From: Schmidtea polychroa
Taxonomy: Eukaryota
Length of the DNA stretch: 64,000 bases
NCBI GenBank assembly: GCA_044892525.1
Contig: CM097885.1
Span: 5,582,001 to 5,646,000 of the forward strand
Reading direction: 5' to 3'
Part shown: positions 52,738-64,000 of the stretch, in pieces
How positions within the stretch are numbered: the stretch's first letter is position 1
Layout: every line of letters starts with the position of its first letter
Translations under genes and position numbers: made by a program
The notes under the pieces: model-generated
Told to the model about the DNA's origin: nothing
What the model saw: the letters and a program-made list of their open reading frames with translations, nothing else
Database searches by the model: none

Positions 52738-54576
52738 AATTTAACAACAATTTCTGATTTTAATAAAATATCAGAATATTTAAACGAAAATGAGAAAAAA
52801 TCGAAATATATTTCAAGGAAATGATTCTCATCATTATTCTGCCATCTCAATCATTGTCAAATACTATATACGGAAACGATTTGTTTTATGATGTAATCTG
52901 GGGATTGAAATATGCTGGGTAGTCCGATATTGGATAAGGTTGCATTTCAACAGTAGTTAATGTTTTGCAGAATCTACTCTTCCCTTCATATTTAATGATA
53001 ATTGGTAGCAACTGGTTGATGATATCACTGCGGGGTCTCCTTGTGTTGATTTACCGATTTTCTTACAAAGTTAGAGAATAAGAGTTCTAACTTTCTATAA
53101 AGTCTTAGATATATGAAGGTAAATTGATGGTATGCTAAAACATTAATTAAAATAATGGATAAATGAAATGAAAATATGTGCCTACTAATATAAAACAAAA
53201 TTTAAGTTTAAAAGCTAATTAAACTTACTTTTAATTGAAAAGAATTTGAGAGACAAATAAATTCATAAATTGAATGAAACTAACTGACTATAACTCCCTA
53301 ACGCCGAGGCTAAAGATAATCGTGCGAAACAAACGTGGATATAAAAGAAAACCAAATCAAATTGACTCAATTTATTAACAAAATATTATCCAAAGAATAA
53401 ACCAAGTGTCAAAAGGAAACAGAAGCCAAATAAACTTAAACTATCTTGCCAAGCAAATAAACTTAGAAACCAGAAAACAGAAATAAAGAAGTCGAAGAAT
53501 TTATAACGAAACATTTATAACATCGATCTCTCCCTCAACAATATAAAATTTAAGATCTCAGTACCAAAAGATTCTTCGCCAGTCTTATTTATCTATAAAA
53601 CTGTCTGACAACAATAAAAAAATATCAGAGGAAACTCAAACCGTGGAATTGTACGAAAGGCCAGGACATATTAGAAATATTAGAGATATTAATTCACCTG
53701 GATACAAAGAGATTCCTCGGCCATCTATTAGTGAGCAAAGGACTGATTGCAATATAAAGTGCGTATCTATTTTATTGTCTTTTTAAATAGAAGTTGTAAT
53801 TTTAAAGTATTGTTCTTTACACTCATTTGATTATTGTAATATTTTGTAACTTACATACATTCACCCCAGCTGTCCCGAGACAGTTTATTTACTGGTGACT
53901 CGACTGGGCTCTTCAAATCTCTATTACATACGCAATCCTACATCAATTATTCAAATAAAAAACAAATATAAACCAACGAATACTACAACAAACGTCAATA
54001 AAAACGATTATACTTACAAGTATATTTGTAATTACATAATCATATGCTCGGAATTCAATAAAATTTATTAATCTTTATAAAGTTAATTAAACACTTTCAC
54101 AATATAAGTTACCTAGATGATATTTTTCTGATATTTAACAGTAGGAAGTATGTTTTACCATAATTGAATTGTATGAATAATTTACATAGGAAATTAACTT
54201 GAAAATTTCGTTTTTTGATTTACTAATTGAAAAGGAAGAAAGGCATTTTGAAACATAAATTTATTAAAAATGTTTTTGCGAAACTAAATATAAAATAAAT
54301 ATGATAAATAGTTCGATCTATCGTTATTGTAAATTTATTAATAGAATACATCAATTGACTAAGCTACTTCATATTCAAAGTCATTATTATAGCGAATGAT
54401 ATATGAAACTGTTGATACTTCGCTTGCTGTACTTTCATTTAATAGGGAAAGTAATGTAATGGATATGATTGATGATGCTCAATTGAATAGCACTGATAGC
54501 AATAATGCTAAACCTGATAAAATAGGTTAAAGTGATTTGTTTACTTCTGCTGGTTCTATTATAGTTTCACTGTTTT

Positions 54577-54835
54577 TTGAGAGCTTTAAAAAGGTTAGAA
54601 AAGCTATTTAAAAACATTGGAATTGCCAATGTTAAAATTATTTCAAAGTATTGTAAAATTCGTGCTATATCTTTAACACATTTTTTTCAAAGTTATATTA
54701 TCGTATATCGTTTTACGTGTAATGGGTGTTATACCATATACATTGAGGAGACTTCACGTTATCTTTGTACATGAGTGCAAGGGCACACCCGATTGAGTGA
54801 AAATACTAATATTATTGAGCATGATAAGGCATGCA
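54577..54835 (+). mobile_element. Penelope-like retroelement GIY-YIG endonuclease remnant
   Basis: IVYRFTCNGCYTIYIEETSRYLCT*VQGH matches the PLE motif VY.F.C..C...YIGET.R.L..R..EH; degenerate. Confidence 0.75.
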
Positions 54836-55243
54836 AGTCAAAAATATATTATCAAATATTTATTTTCAAAATATATTTCAAAATTAAATTTAAAAAAATG
54901 CTGTTCCTTTATTTATATAAATAAATTACCATTGTTATTTAATAGTTTATTTTTTAGTGTAATAATATATTTTAATGGTAATTTTTCAGTTATTTTGTAA
55001 TTAGTTTTCATAGTTTTGACTTAATAAGAATTTTTAAAAATAGAATTTCTGATGTATTTTTTTTAGTTATTACTCAACACTTTGATTATTTTCTCAATGT
55101 GTTTTAATTTAAAGTTAGCAATTTTAGCACAAATCCTACCAAAAACAGAAATTAACTACAAAGAACTTAAACATGTTTATAAGGAATGATTAATGATTTA
55201 ACTATTCGAAAAATCCATAATTTCTTTTTTACATTTAAAATTA

Positions 55244-55682
55244 GGGAGCATCCATTAAGGACGTCTCCCAAAAATATGCACTTTTTGACCCTCCTCCCTT
55301 TGTCCCTTTTCTGGAGGACCCCCACCCCCGGGGACATCCCTCCGTAAATAGAACTCCCCTATTTTCAGACGAAATTTGGAACATAAAATTATAATATTAG
55401 GCAGATTATTGTTTAAGCTTTAGTAAAAATTGTCCAAATTTAAAAACAGAATCCATTTTTTAAAACAAAATTAATAAAGCTAATATAGGCATCTGTCTTT
55501 TAATTAGTAGCCTAAATTATTTCAGTCTAATGTTTACTCGTCCTCCCATGGTGATTGGGTAGATATTAGGTTTAGTCTGAGGATGTCCTAAGCACTTGGA
55601 CCCCCACCCCATTGTCCCCATATGTCCCCCTGTAGAGACCCCCTCCCCTCCCTCTTATGGGACGTCCCTAATGGATGCTCCC
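55244..55682. mobile_element. PIF/Harbinger-type MITE
   Basis: TIR GGGAGCATCCATTA.GGACGTC at both ends; 3-bp TTA TSD. Confidence 0.88.
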
Positions 55683-56109
55683 TTAGGCCCTTATGTTTTG
55701 TCCTTATTTTTATTTAACATTTGTTAATTACACACATACACACATGTATTATTGGTTAGTATTTTATATTATTGAAACTTTGGTGTATCTGTTGTGTTTG
55801 TGTGTAACATTAGAAAAAAAGAGAAAATAACACCAAATTATAAAACATGTAAAGTAAAATAATAATGAAAGCAAAAGTATGACACGAAACAAAAATAGAT
55901 ATAGCATAAAGAAATAACTAGAAGTAGGCAAATTCGAATTAATAGTGATTGAAGAAAATAGTAACTGGAAATGGAAAAGGTTTTCACAAAATAAAGTTAA
56001 AAAATGAATTAGAAATCAAAACTGTAAGAAACACTAGAATATCCTATAAAAATGGCGAAATCTAACATAGCGCCTACATCAACAACAACTAAATATATTA
56101 TATTGAACA

Positions 56110-56400
56110 CTACACTGTTCTTCGGATCTAAAATCTTTACAACTTCCTGTATATTTTTCTTAATAAATTCAACTTCGGTATATCAACGTTTTGCACGAGC
56201 AATATTCCAAGATATAGCAAAACTAGCCTCGGTCGAACTTTTAGCTTTTGTACTGAACGACAACAATACTGTCTTTTGATTACATTATGTAAAGTACAAC
56301 AGACGAAGCATCTCATAAATTCACATCCCTGTTTGTAGCTCAAAGTTTGAAAGTAAATGACATCCTTCCTCGCTCTTCAAATCCCTATCGGTTGATTCCG
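56110..56400 (-). mobile_element. Decayed hAT (GTF2IRD2/Buster-like) transposase fragment
   Basis: The minus strand reads STEASFAISWNIARAKR*YTEVEFIKKNIQEVVKILDP, preceded by a CFVC (zinc-finger-like) fragment. Confidence 0.65.
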
Positions 56401-59400
56401 TATGATTTGTATTGTCCGTCAATACAATCCGTGCTTAGCGATAGGATTTGCAAAAAATGTCATGCTGCGCAGCCACTCTGTAACTCACAAGCAGGAATTA
56501 ATTATTCTACCTAAATGCATTAGGCCACAAAGAGTTGCTGCACGTTGGCAACGTGAACTAATGGTTATAATCGCGAACGAAGAAAATGGAAAGTGTGGAA
56601 TGAGGATAGAGTAAGAAGAGCTTGATCTGAATGGAATATCTATACCACAGGATGAACAGATCTGTTAAAAAATTAAATAGAATTACAATAATTCGAATTT
56701 GTTTTACTGTATCAATGCATTCACACAAAAATTAGGGTATATAAGCAGACTCATTTAGGTCATAATATAATGTGTAATTTTTGATAGATCACATTTTACT
56801 AGATTAGAAATTGAAATCGTATTTTTAGAAGTAAGGAATCGTATTTGAATTATTTTCATATTATGATGCTAATTGAAGGGCTTTATCATTGTTTTTGATT
56901 TATGTTTTTCCATTTTTGCTAAGCGAAGTTACTTTCAATGAGTAAACTCATAATATTTTTTGGCTCACAGCCACCAACATAAATTGCAATACACTAAAAT
57001 AATGGAGCAGTTCATCTGGATAGTTCACACTGTAACTCTTTGTGCCCAATGTGGTCGATAATTAGTGAAGGGTGTCTACAAGTGGAAAGCATCCGACAGG
57101 TAAGACGAGCAACTGCGAAACGTTAACGGGTAAGATTTAAAATTAAATAGGAAGATAGGGATCTGCATCAAGCTTTTTAGTTTGTGTGTAGCTCCAAAGT
57201 CTTATCATATAACACTACGGGTTCGTCACAATGGTGTCCGGTGGGCCGTGTGTGGTGAGCAGATTTTATTTAATCAACTTCTAGCCCAGCCAGACTTTAA
57301 AATTTACATTAAAAAATCAACGAATTTTATAAATAAGACACTTAGAGCTTGTTTCACTAATGTTCAGTGGGCTATGAGTTGCAGCCAAATAAAATATCAC
57401 CCCACTTAATCTCTCATCCGAAGACAGCTAAAGGGACCTAAAGACGAAAATTGTAAACCTTCACTCGAGTTTTCATTCAATAAACTGGATTTTTAATAAA
57501 TTTTAGAACTCACGCGTATGAAGCCATGCTGACCAGATCATCATCTATTCTTTATTATCGGCGAGGAATAGAAGGTCCAATTTAATTACCGATGATGATC
57601 GTAAACGTATTATTGACCAGATTCATATAAACTTAATCAGTTAAAATATGCCAAACTACCAAAATTAATACCACTTTGGAAAAATTGAAAGACGCTTTGA
57701 GCGTTGATTTACATCTCGGCACTCCAGATGTTAAGATTTACAAAATTAAATCGTATAACTCATTAATTCTATTTCCCCATGAGGCACAACTTAATATACA
57801 TTCACTTTAACCGCATTAAGCGTTCAGTTCTCACAATAGTCTTCAAATCTAGCATCCCAACATTGGGTCCAAAAGAGCAAGACGTATCACACATGCATTA
57901 CAAAGTAGAGCCGAGTCACGTAATACATATCGACTGGGGAGGAATAGACCTAGGAGAAACTAAAATATTTGTTTAAATTTTTGCTTTTTCGAGTACTTTT
58001 GAATATAAATTCGAGATGACAAAATTTATTTTCCTTTTTACTTGGACAAATATCCTGCCTAATTTTATTTCTCCAAACAGTCATAAAGGCTTGGTTCATT
58101 CTAATTAAATAGATATTTCCTTTGTAGTATCAGACCTACTTCCTCCTTGCAAAGGGTCTCAACCAGACATAAAGGCAACATTAAGGAGATCAAGAATTGC
58201 AAAAGCTAAGGAAATGCAGAGTTCCTTTAATCCATTTTACCTTTATTAATTCAGAAGAATTTTTTTTGTCTTTTTTTATTTATTAAAATTTTTTTGTAAT
58301 GTCAATTTGCTTTTTTTGAATATATTACATTAGGAGTTCTCAAACTTTCGGCTACCGGGACCCAATTTTTTAAGTGCAAACGTCTCCAAACCATCGCACA
58401 GGTAAGGCATAGCGGAATTGATAGAATGACACAAAGATCTTAGTCACAATATTTCACGAGTTCATTATTTGCTGATAGAAAAATTTACATTTATTCAGTG
58501 TCTAAAAAATATGTTTATTATAACATTGGTTAGCTTCAAAAGCGGAAAAATCGTCTTGGATCAGTCAAAATCAGGACTGTAGTTACCCACATGATTTAAA
58601 CATTAAAAATAACTAAAAGGACGGAGAAAAAGATATTCTATTCTAATTATTGGGATTACGTGACATGAAAAGCTCCTCTAAAATCAGGTTCCTTTATGAA
58701 TCCAAATCATCTTGCGACACTTAACATGGCTAATAAGATTTCTAAATAGTTGTAAAATTTGTTCAATAATAATAACAGTCATAATAATAATAATGGTGGG
58801 TTACAGGTGTCCAACTTTTCACCTTGTCGTGTTGTTTCCAGCGTAACCCAGAATACAATAGCGTGTTACCACTTGATACCCGTTGAGTGATCAACATTGG
58901 TGATGTATCAAGGGTTTGAGTACCAGCAAAAAGTTAGCATACCACCGTATACTATAATTTTCAGATACTCCTGTGGGTTCGCGGACTACCGATAGAATGC
59001 ATGCGTCCGACTCCCTAATCCATCGACTTCATCGCTATAGTGATGATTACTTTACTCCAAGAGTTGATTAATTATAGACCAACATTATTTATTTCTATAA
59101 TTGTCGCACTACTATATAAAGTTCATGACCCATTGTTCTGGGTCTGAATCGGTTTGAATACACACATACATTCACATCTACACACATACATATATACATA
59201 AAATAATGATGATTGAATAAAATGCATCATTTTAAAATACCACTATAAAAGAAAATAAAGTTTGGATAACTTATTTATTGACTAGTTATATACTAAGGTT
59301 ATATACTAAATAATATATAGTATTGAAATTTCAAGGTGTTTTGATTTGTTTAGATACATTGATAATCTATAATAATTTATTAAATTATGAAATTATTTGC

Positions 59401-60238
59401 ATTAGGTAGAAAATGTTTTCGTATTCGATTTTCACTTTTATTATTTCTTCATTTTATTCTTGCGGTCAAATCACTGCAAGTAAGCTATTTTTTATTTTAT
59501 TCTGAAAATTGAAACTGGGTTCCATGTCTTTAAATATGGTTTAGATTTTTGCAGGTCACATTTAAATTATATCTGGATTTTGTTTTAAGTTTAACATTTC
59601 GTCGATGCTGTGCATATTTTCACGAGTTTTCTAAAAACATGTGAAAATCAGGACTTTGGTAGAACTTTTAAATTTTCCTTTTGGTCAGTTTGGAAAGGAA
59701 ATTTTTTTATACATACACAACTATTGAAATAACTATTTTATTGACTGGCTAACAGATTATTCCTACTGCCTAGGAAGAAGAATTAGTGTGTTGTTGATGA
59801 TTGGCATTTTCCGTTCTAACAATAAACTACGGTGACACTGTTCCAGCACATAGGATCTGTCATCTACTATAACAACCAAACCGTTAATTCTATGGATTTA
59901 TACAAATATATAATACAAATTACAAATCGACACACACATACAATCAACAGTCTGTTACGTGAGAAAATGTTGCACATCGACCATTCCCTTCGTCGGTGCA
60001 CCCAAGTTAGACACTCCATACAAAATCTGCCACACACACATACCTGGCCTGCACACTAGTATCGAATGACGCTGGAAAGTGGTTTCATATTTTAACTTAA
60101 CATTCTCGAAATTCACAGATTATTGCACACCAAACTATGAGACACCGCACATGCACACATACATGCCCTTTACATACAGTAACGAGGGCATTTAAGTTTA
60201 ATGATTGACCCAACACGCGTGTACCAAGATGCCTTCTA

Positions 60239-61377
60239 CACCCGTTTCCACAATATAAGAGTTTCTATAATCTAAAAAAAAATCGATAAAATTATATTAT
60301 AGCAACACACAAACTTACCTGTGTGCAAAAATTTAATGTTCCGAATGTAGAAAGTTTTATTATAGGAATTGAGAAAGTGACAGAAAAATAATTTTACATA
60401 CAAACACAGCACACATAATATAAAATACACGCAAATTTAATATAGCTTTTTTTGTTCCGAAAGTAGAGAGTCATTAACATACTGTTAACATATCATTAAT
60501 TTAAAATTATTAAAATTCATGGCTGAAAAAAATTTGGATTTTGAATCTGACAACTCAACTTTGAGTTTTTGAGAAATGGACGACAAAACATCGTAAGATC
60601 TATTTATAAAATATTTTTGAAGTTAATATTTCTTTAGATTTTCAGATATTTCTTTGGAGACATTTCCATTTTGCGAAGGTGAAGATCTGACAATGTAAGA
60701 ATTTTTTTATTTAATTACAAATAATTAAAATATTTTACAGCATATCAGATATTTCTAGTCAAACGCCTTTGTGTGAAGATATTCAACAAGTTCCATCGAC
60801 ATTTTTGGAATTGAAGAAAAAAATTCGAAAATCGTAAATTTTAATAACTAAAAAAAAAATAATATTTTCAAAGAATTTCAGAAAATGACAAAATCCGTCT
60901 CATCAATCCATATGAAAATGGAGAAAATTATAAAGATTTTGGAAGATTACTGGGAATCTCCAAAAAATCGATTGGAACCATTATTTCTTAAAAAAATAAA
61001 TGTTTTTGGTGATTATTTTATTTCTTTTTAGTTAAAAATATATATAACTTACATTTTATTGAAATAATTCCAAATTCATAACATATCATAAAATACCTAA
61101 AAAAGCACCTGAAATTTAATTATCAATATATTATAAATATATTATAAATGCTGATTACAAGTAATATTTAAGAGCTTGAATAATGATCTCATAATTATAT
61201 GAAATCAAAATTCAAGCCTTAAAATATACTTAAATTTAAAAAACTTACTTCTAAAACCATAAATAAAATTGAATTGAGAATGAAAAAATGAAATAAACAT
61301 TCTCATAAATGGTGAGTCATCGATAGATGAACACACCAACATGTATTATAAAGACTTTTAACATGTGGAAACGGGTG
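60239..61377 (+). mobile_element. Tc1/IS630-like internally deleted element
   Basis: TIR CACCCGTTTCCACA at both ends with TA flanks. Internal HTH-like peptide RISENDKIRLINPYENGENYKDFGRLLGISKKSIGTII. Confidence 0.8.
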
Positions 61378-62526
61378 TAGTAGATGTGTGCCTGCGGGAG
61401 ATCTCTTGTTCAAGTAAAGTTTGATGATTTTTCCGGCCAAATCGATTCAGGTAATCAGAAAACTGGTGTGTATGTAATGTTGCATATAAATCTAGATTGA
61501 TTTTCAGTTGTCGCAGCATTCTGATCAGTCAGTCTTACCTTATGGATCGTACAGTAAAATGAAATCGGCAACAGGGAATGGCATGGACGGTGAACAGTTT
61601 AATGGAGGTTCTCATGCTCGTATGAATTAGTTTACCAAGAGGCTCTATCAACCAATGCAAATGTACTCCAGTTGTCAGAAGTCATATGCGCCCAGGACAC
61701 ATCTTTTGGGAATTTAAACATCTATGCAGAGAACAGACAAGAACAATACAATCCAGTTCCAACAATCATCGTGATTTGACATTTTATAATGACTTAATTG
61801 ATTTTAATTGTGGTTTAATGATGCATATTATTGTATCGGTGTACACTTATTTATTTTTTGTTTGTGCATGTTTATTCATTCTTGTTATGCACATATAAAA
61901 TATATACATTTAAAAGAGAAATTTTTAATACAAAAAAAAAGATTTTAATTATTAAATTGCAATCATAAATAAAAAAAAACAGCTTGGGAAAATAGAGTAA
62001 CAGCTCGATCTGAGCGAGGCGGCTTACTAAAGAAAATAATCTAAATAAAATAATTCTAACAATAACGTAATAATATATTTTTAAAATAATAAAATAAAAT
62101 AAGTAAATAAAAATATAATTGTTAATATTGCATAAAACATATTTATTTAATTCAGTAATTTTAGCTAGGTAGAAAAACAACATACGTAAAAACATTTATT
62201 TTATTTTAGCAAGCCTAAATAACATATTTATTTATTTTAGTAATTTTAGCAATAAAAATAAGTATAAATAGCGGTTAAAAAATCATTTTCTTCGCCCAAA
62301 AATTTACCACTTACACATAAACTAAAAATGGAAAGTCCTTACTAGTTTTTAATATAGAACAAGACACGACAAAAACGATCAACAATAGCACGCAACATAA
62401 TACGCAAGTAGAGGGATAGCGGCCCACTAAACCCGCGGCCCACTAAACCCGCGGCCCTCTGGGACAAAGACATACCCCACCCCCGCCATTTAAATTTTTT
62501 TTCAAGGTCAAATTTTAAACAAAGGC

Positions 62527-62705
62527 ATATGACTCATCAAGGTCATTGAAACAAAGACCATGACTCATCCGATGACTCACTCAAGGTCACATGGCTCATC
62601 CGATGACTCATTCAAGGTCATATGACCCATCCGATGACTCATTCAAGGACATATGACTCATCCGATGACTCATTCAAGGTCATATGACTCATCCGATGAG
62701 TCATG
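62527..62705. repeat. Tandem ~30-bp repeat (ATATGACTCATCCGATGACTCATTCAAGGTC)n
   Basis: About five units, preceded by a GCGGCCCACTAAACCC duplication at ~62419-62457. Confidence 0.9.
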
Positions 62706-62872
62706 CTAAATTTTTTAAAATTTAAATTCTCAGAGTTCCCGCCAATGGTTTTTATTATTTAATAGCTCATTCGAAAGGTATTTGAATGGTGAGTATTTGA
62801 GACCATCGAAGGTCTATGGAGGTTCAATAACCTTCAAAGAGTTCAATGGTATTGGTTACACTCAACATCTCA

Positions 62873-62873
62873 C

Positions 62874-62946
<73 letters not shown>
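62873..62946. repeat. Compound (ATT)n/(TA)n microsatellite
   Basis: Read directly from the sequence. Confidence 0.95.
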
Positions 62947-62950
<4 letters not shown>

Positions 62951-63083
62951 CTCCGAGTTTATCCGACAAAATATTTTGTCCCCCTATGGGTAATGCTCAC
63001 AAGGGTACTGCTCACAAAGGTACTGCTCACACTCAACAAGTCACAAGGGTATTATTAAACAAATCAACAAAACATACATTTAT

Positions 63084-63584
63084 TTAAACAATAAAATAAT
63101 GTAAAATTAGCAAAGGTAAACTAAATATTGATGTACTAGTATTCGCAGCAATATTGTTTGAAATTGGTAACGTTGAATTGATTTTCAGATATTCTATTGA
63201 TCCTTTGATTGTTTCAATTTCTCTTACTAATAATTCGATCTTTTTTAACAAATAATCATGCTTCTTATCAATAATTTTCATATTCTTTTTATTTTCAACA
63301 ATAGAGTTATTGAAAACTTCAATATGATCGATCAATTTAATTTTTATATTTTGTATATATACAAATGATAGTTCATAACTGTTTTCTAAATTCTCCAATC
63401 TTTGAGATATTCTTTTTCCTGGATGCTTTGACCATTTTGGTTTGTCGAGAATATATAAAATATCCATCAACTTGGCTGTATTCGGACAAACACATATTGA
63501 TTTATTAAAAGACTCCACTGTTATTGCTGTATTGTGTGAGCACACACTCGTTATAATAATTAGCAATATGAATATAGTTTTCAT
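63084..63584 (-). CDS. Uncharacterised 166-aa protein with signal peptide, coiled coil and hydrophobic C-terminus
   Basis: Starts MKTIFILLIIITSVCS; heptad-like region (LLKKIELLVREIETIKGSIEYL); ends IFSLPLLILHYFIV*. Intronless; AATAAA overlaps the stop codon. Confidence 0.55.
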   Translation of the reverse strand: MKTIFILLIIITSVCSHNTAITVESFNKSICVCPNTAKLMDILYILDKPKWSKHPGKRISQRLENLENSYELSFVYIQNIKIKLIDHIEVFNNSIVENKKNMKIIDKKHDYLLKKIELLVREIETIKGSIEYLKINSTLPISNNIAANTSTSIFSLPLLILHYFIV

Positions 63585-64000
63585 GGTGTATCAAATCAAA
63601 ACCTTTCTTTTACATTTATAGTCTATCAACCAATCAAAATCATACGGTATTAGTATAAATAAAACATCATATTTTAAATTATTGTAGAAATGTCTCATAA
63701 TTACATCATTAATTTTTAAATCATCTTTAAATTCATTCATTACGGAAATCTTGAAATCACAAGCATTCAAATTCAAACATTCTGTGTCAACAATATACTT
63801 ACTTAAACCAAATTTATGGCTCCTAGCAACTCCCTAGAAACTGGAGCCTCCCCTTTTAGCTGTTCGCAATCTTTTTGCATGTCATCCTGTTGAATCAGCT
63901 CTCCTGGATAAATATTTCATTCAGTTTGCTCTCGAGCGAGCGTACTTGTAGCTTCAGCGCTCGGATCTCGAGTTGATCTTGCTCCGCCTGGATCTGGAGT

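Noticed and set aside
62527..62705. CRISPR-like array of ~30-bp units
   Set aside because: The units are head-to-tail with no unique spacers, the context is eukaryotic, and there are no cas genes.

Overview
AT-rich eukaryotic (animal) genomic DNA with many 40-50 bp GT-AG introns. The tyrosinase type and base composition suggest a flatworm, probably a planarian (inference). Main content, in order: (1) a decayed Ty3/gypsy pol end at 1-1.2 kb; (2) a ~12.3 kb inverted duplication (arms ~1700-5863 and ~10397-14026), each arm carrying an intronless, divergent ABC-F ATPase, with a 4-exon tyrosinase in the spacer; (3) an HSP90 fragment; (4) two divergent paralogues of an unnamed, possibly tandem-MATH family (16.4-17.3 kb minus; 26.5-27.3 kb plus, with an in-frame stop); (5) a minimal type I hammerhead ribozyme at ~20.83 kb, preceded by a U1-like ATACTTACCTGG motif and a GAAA-tetraloop hairpin; (6) a 13-exon CRACR2A/Rab46-like EF-hand/coiled-coil/Rab gene (33665-50694) with a complete antisense stem-loop histone H2A gene in one intron and nested DNA transposons in its last intron; (7) many DNA transposons and MITEs, several with readable TIRs and TSDs (hAT, hATm, Merlin-like, MULE-like, Harbinger-like, Tc1/mariner/pogo); (8) a possible Polinton/Maverick-like terminus followed by tightly packed orphan ORFs at the right edge. 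All family calls come from motif recognition by eye; no database search was run.
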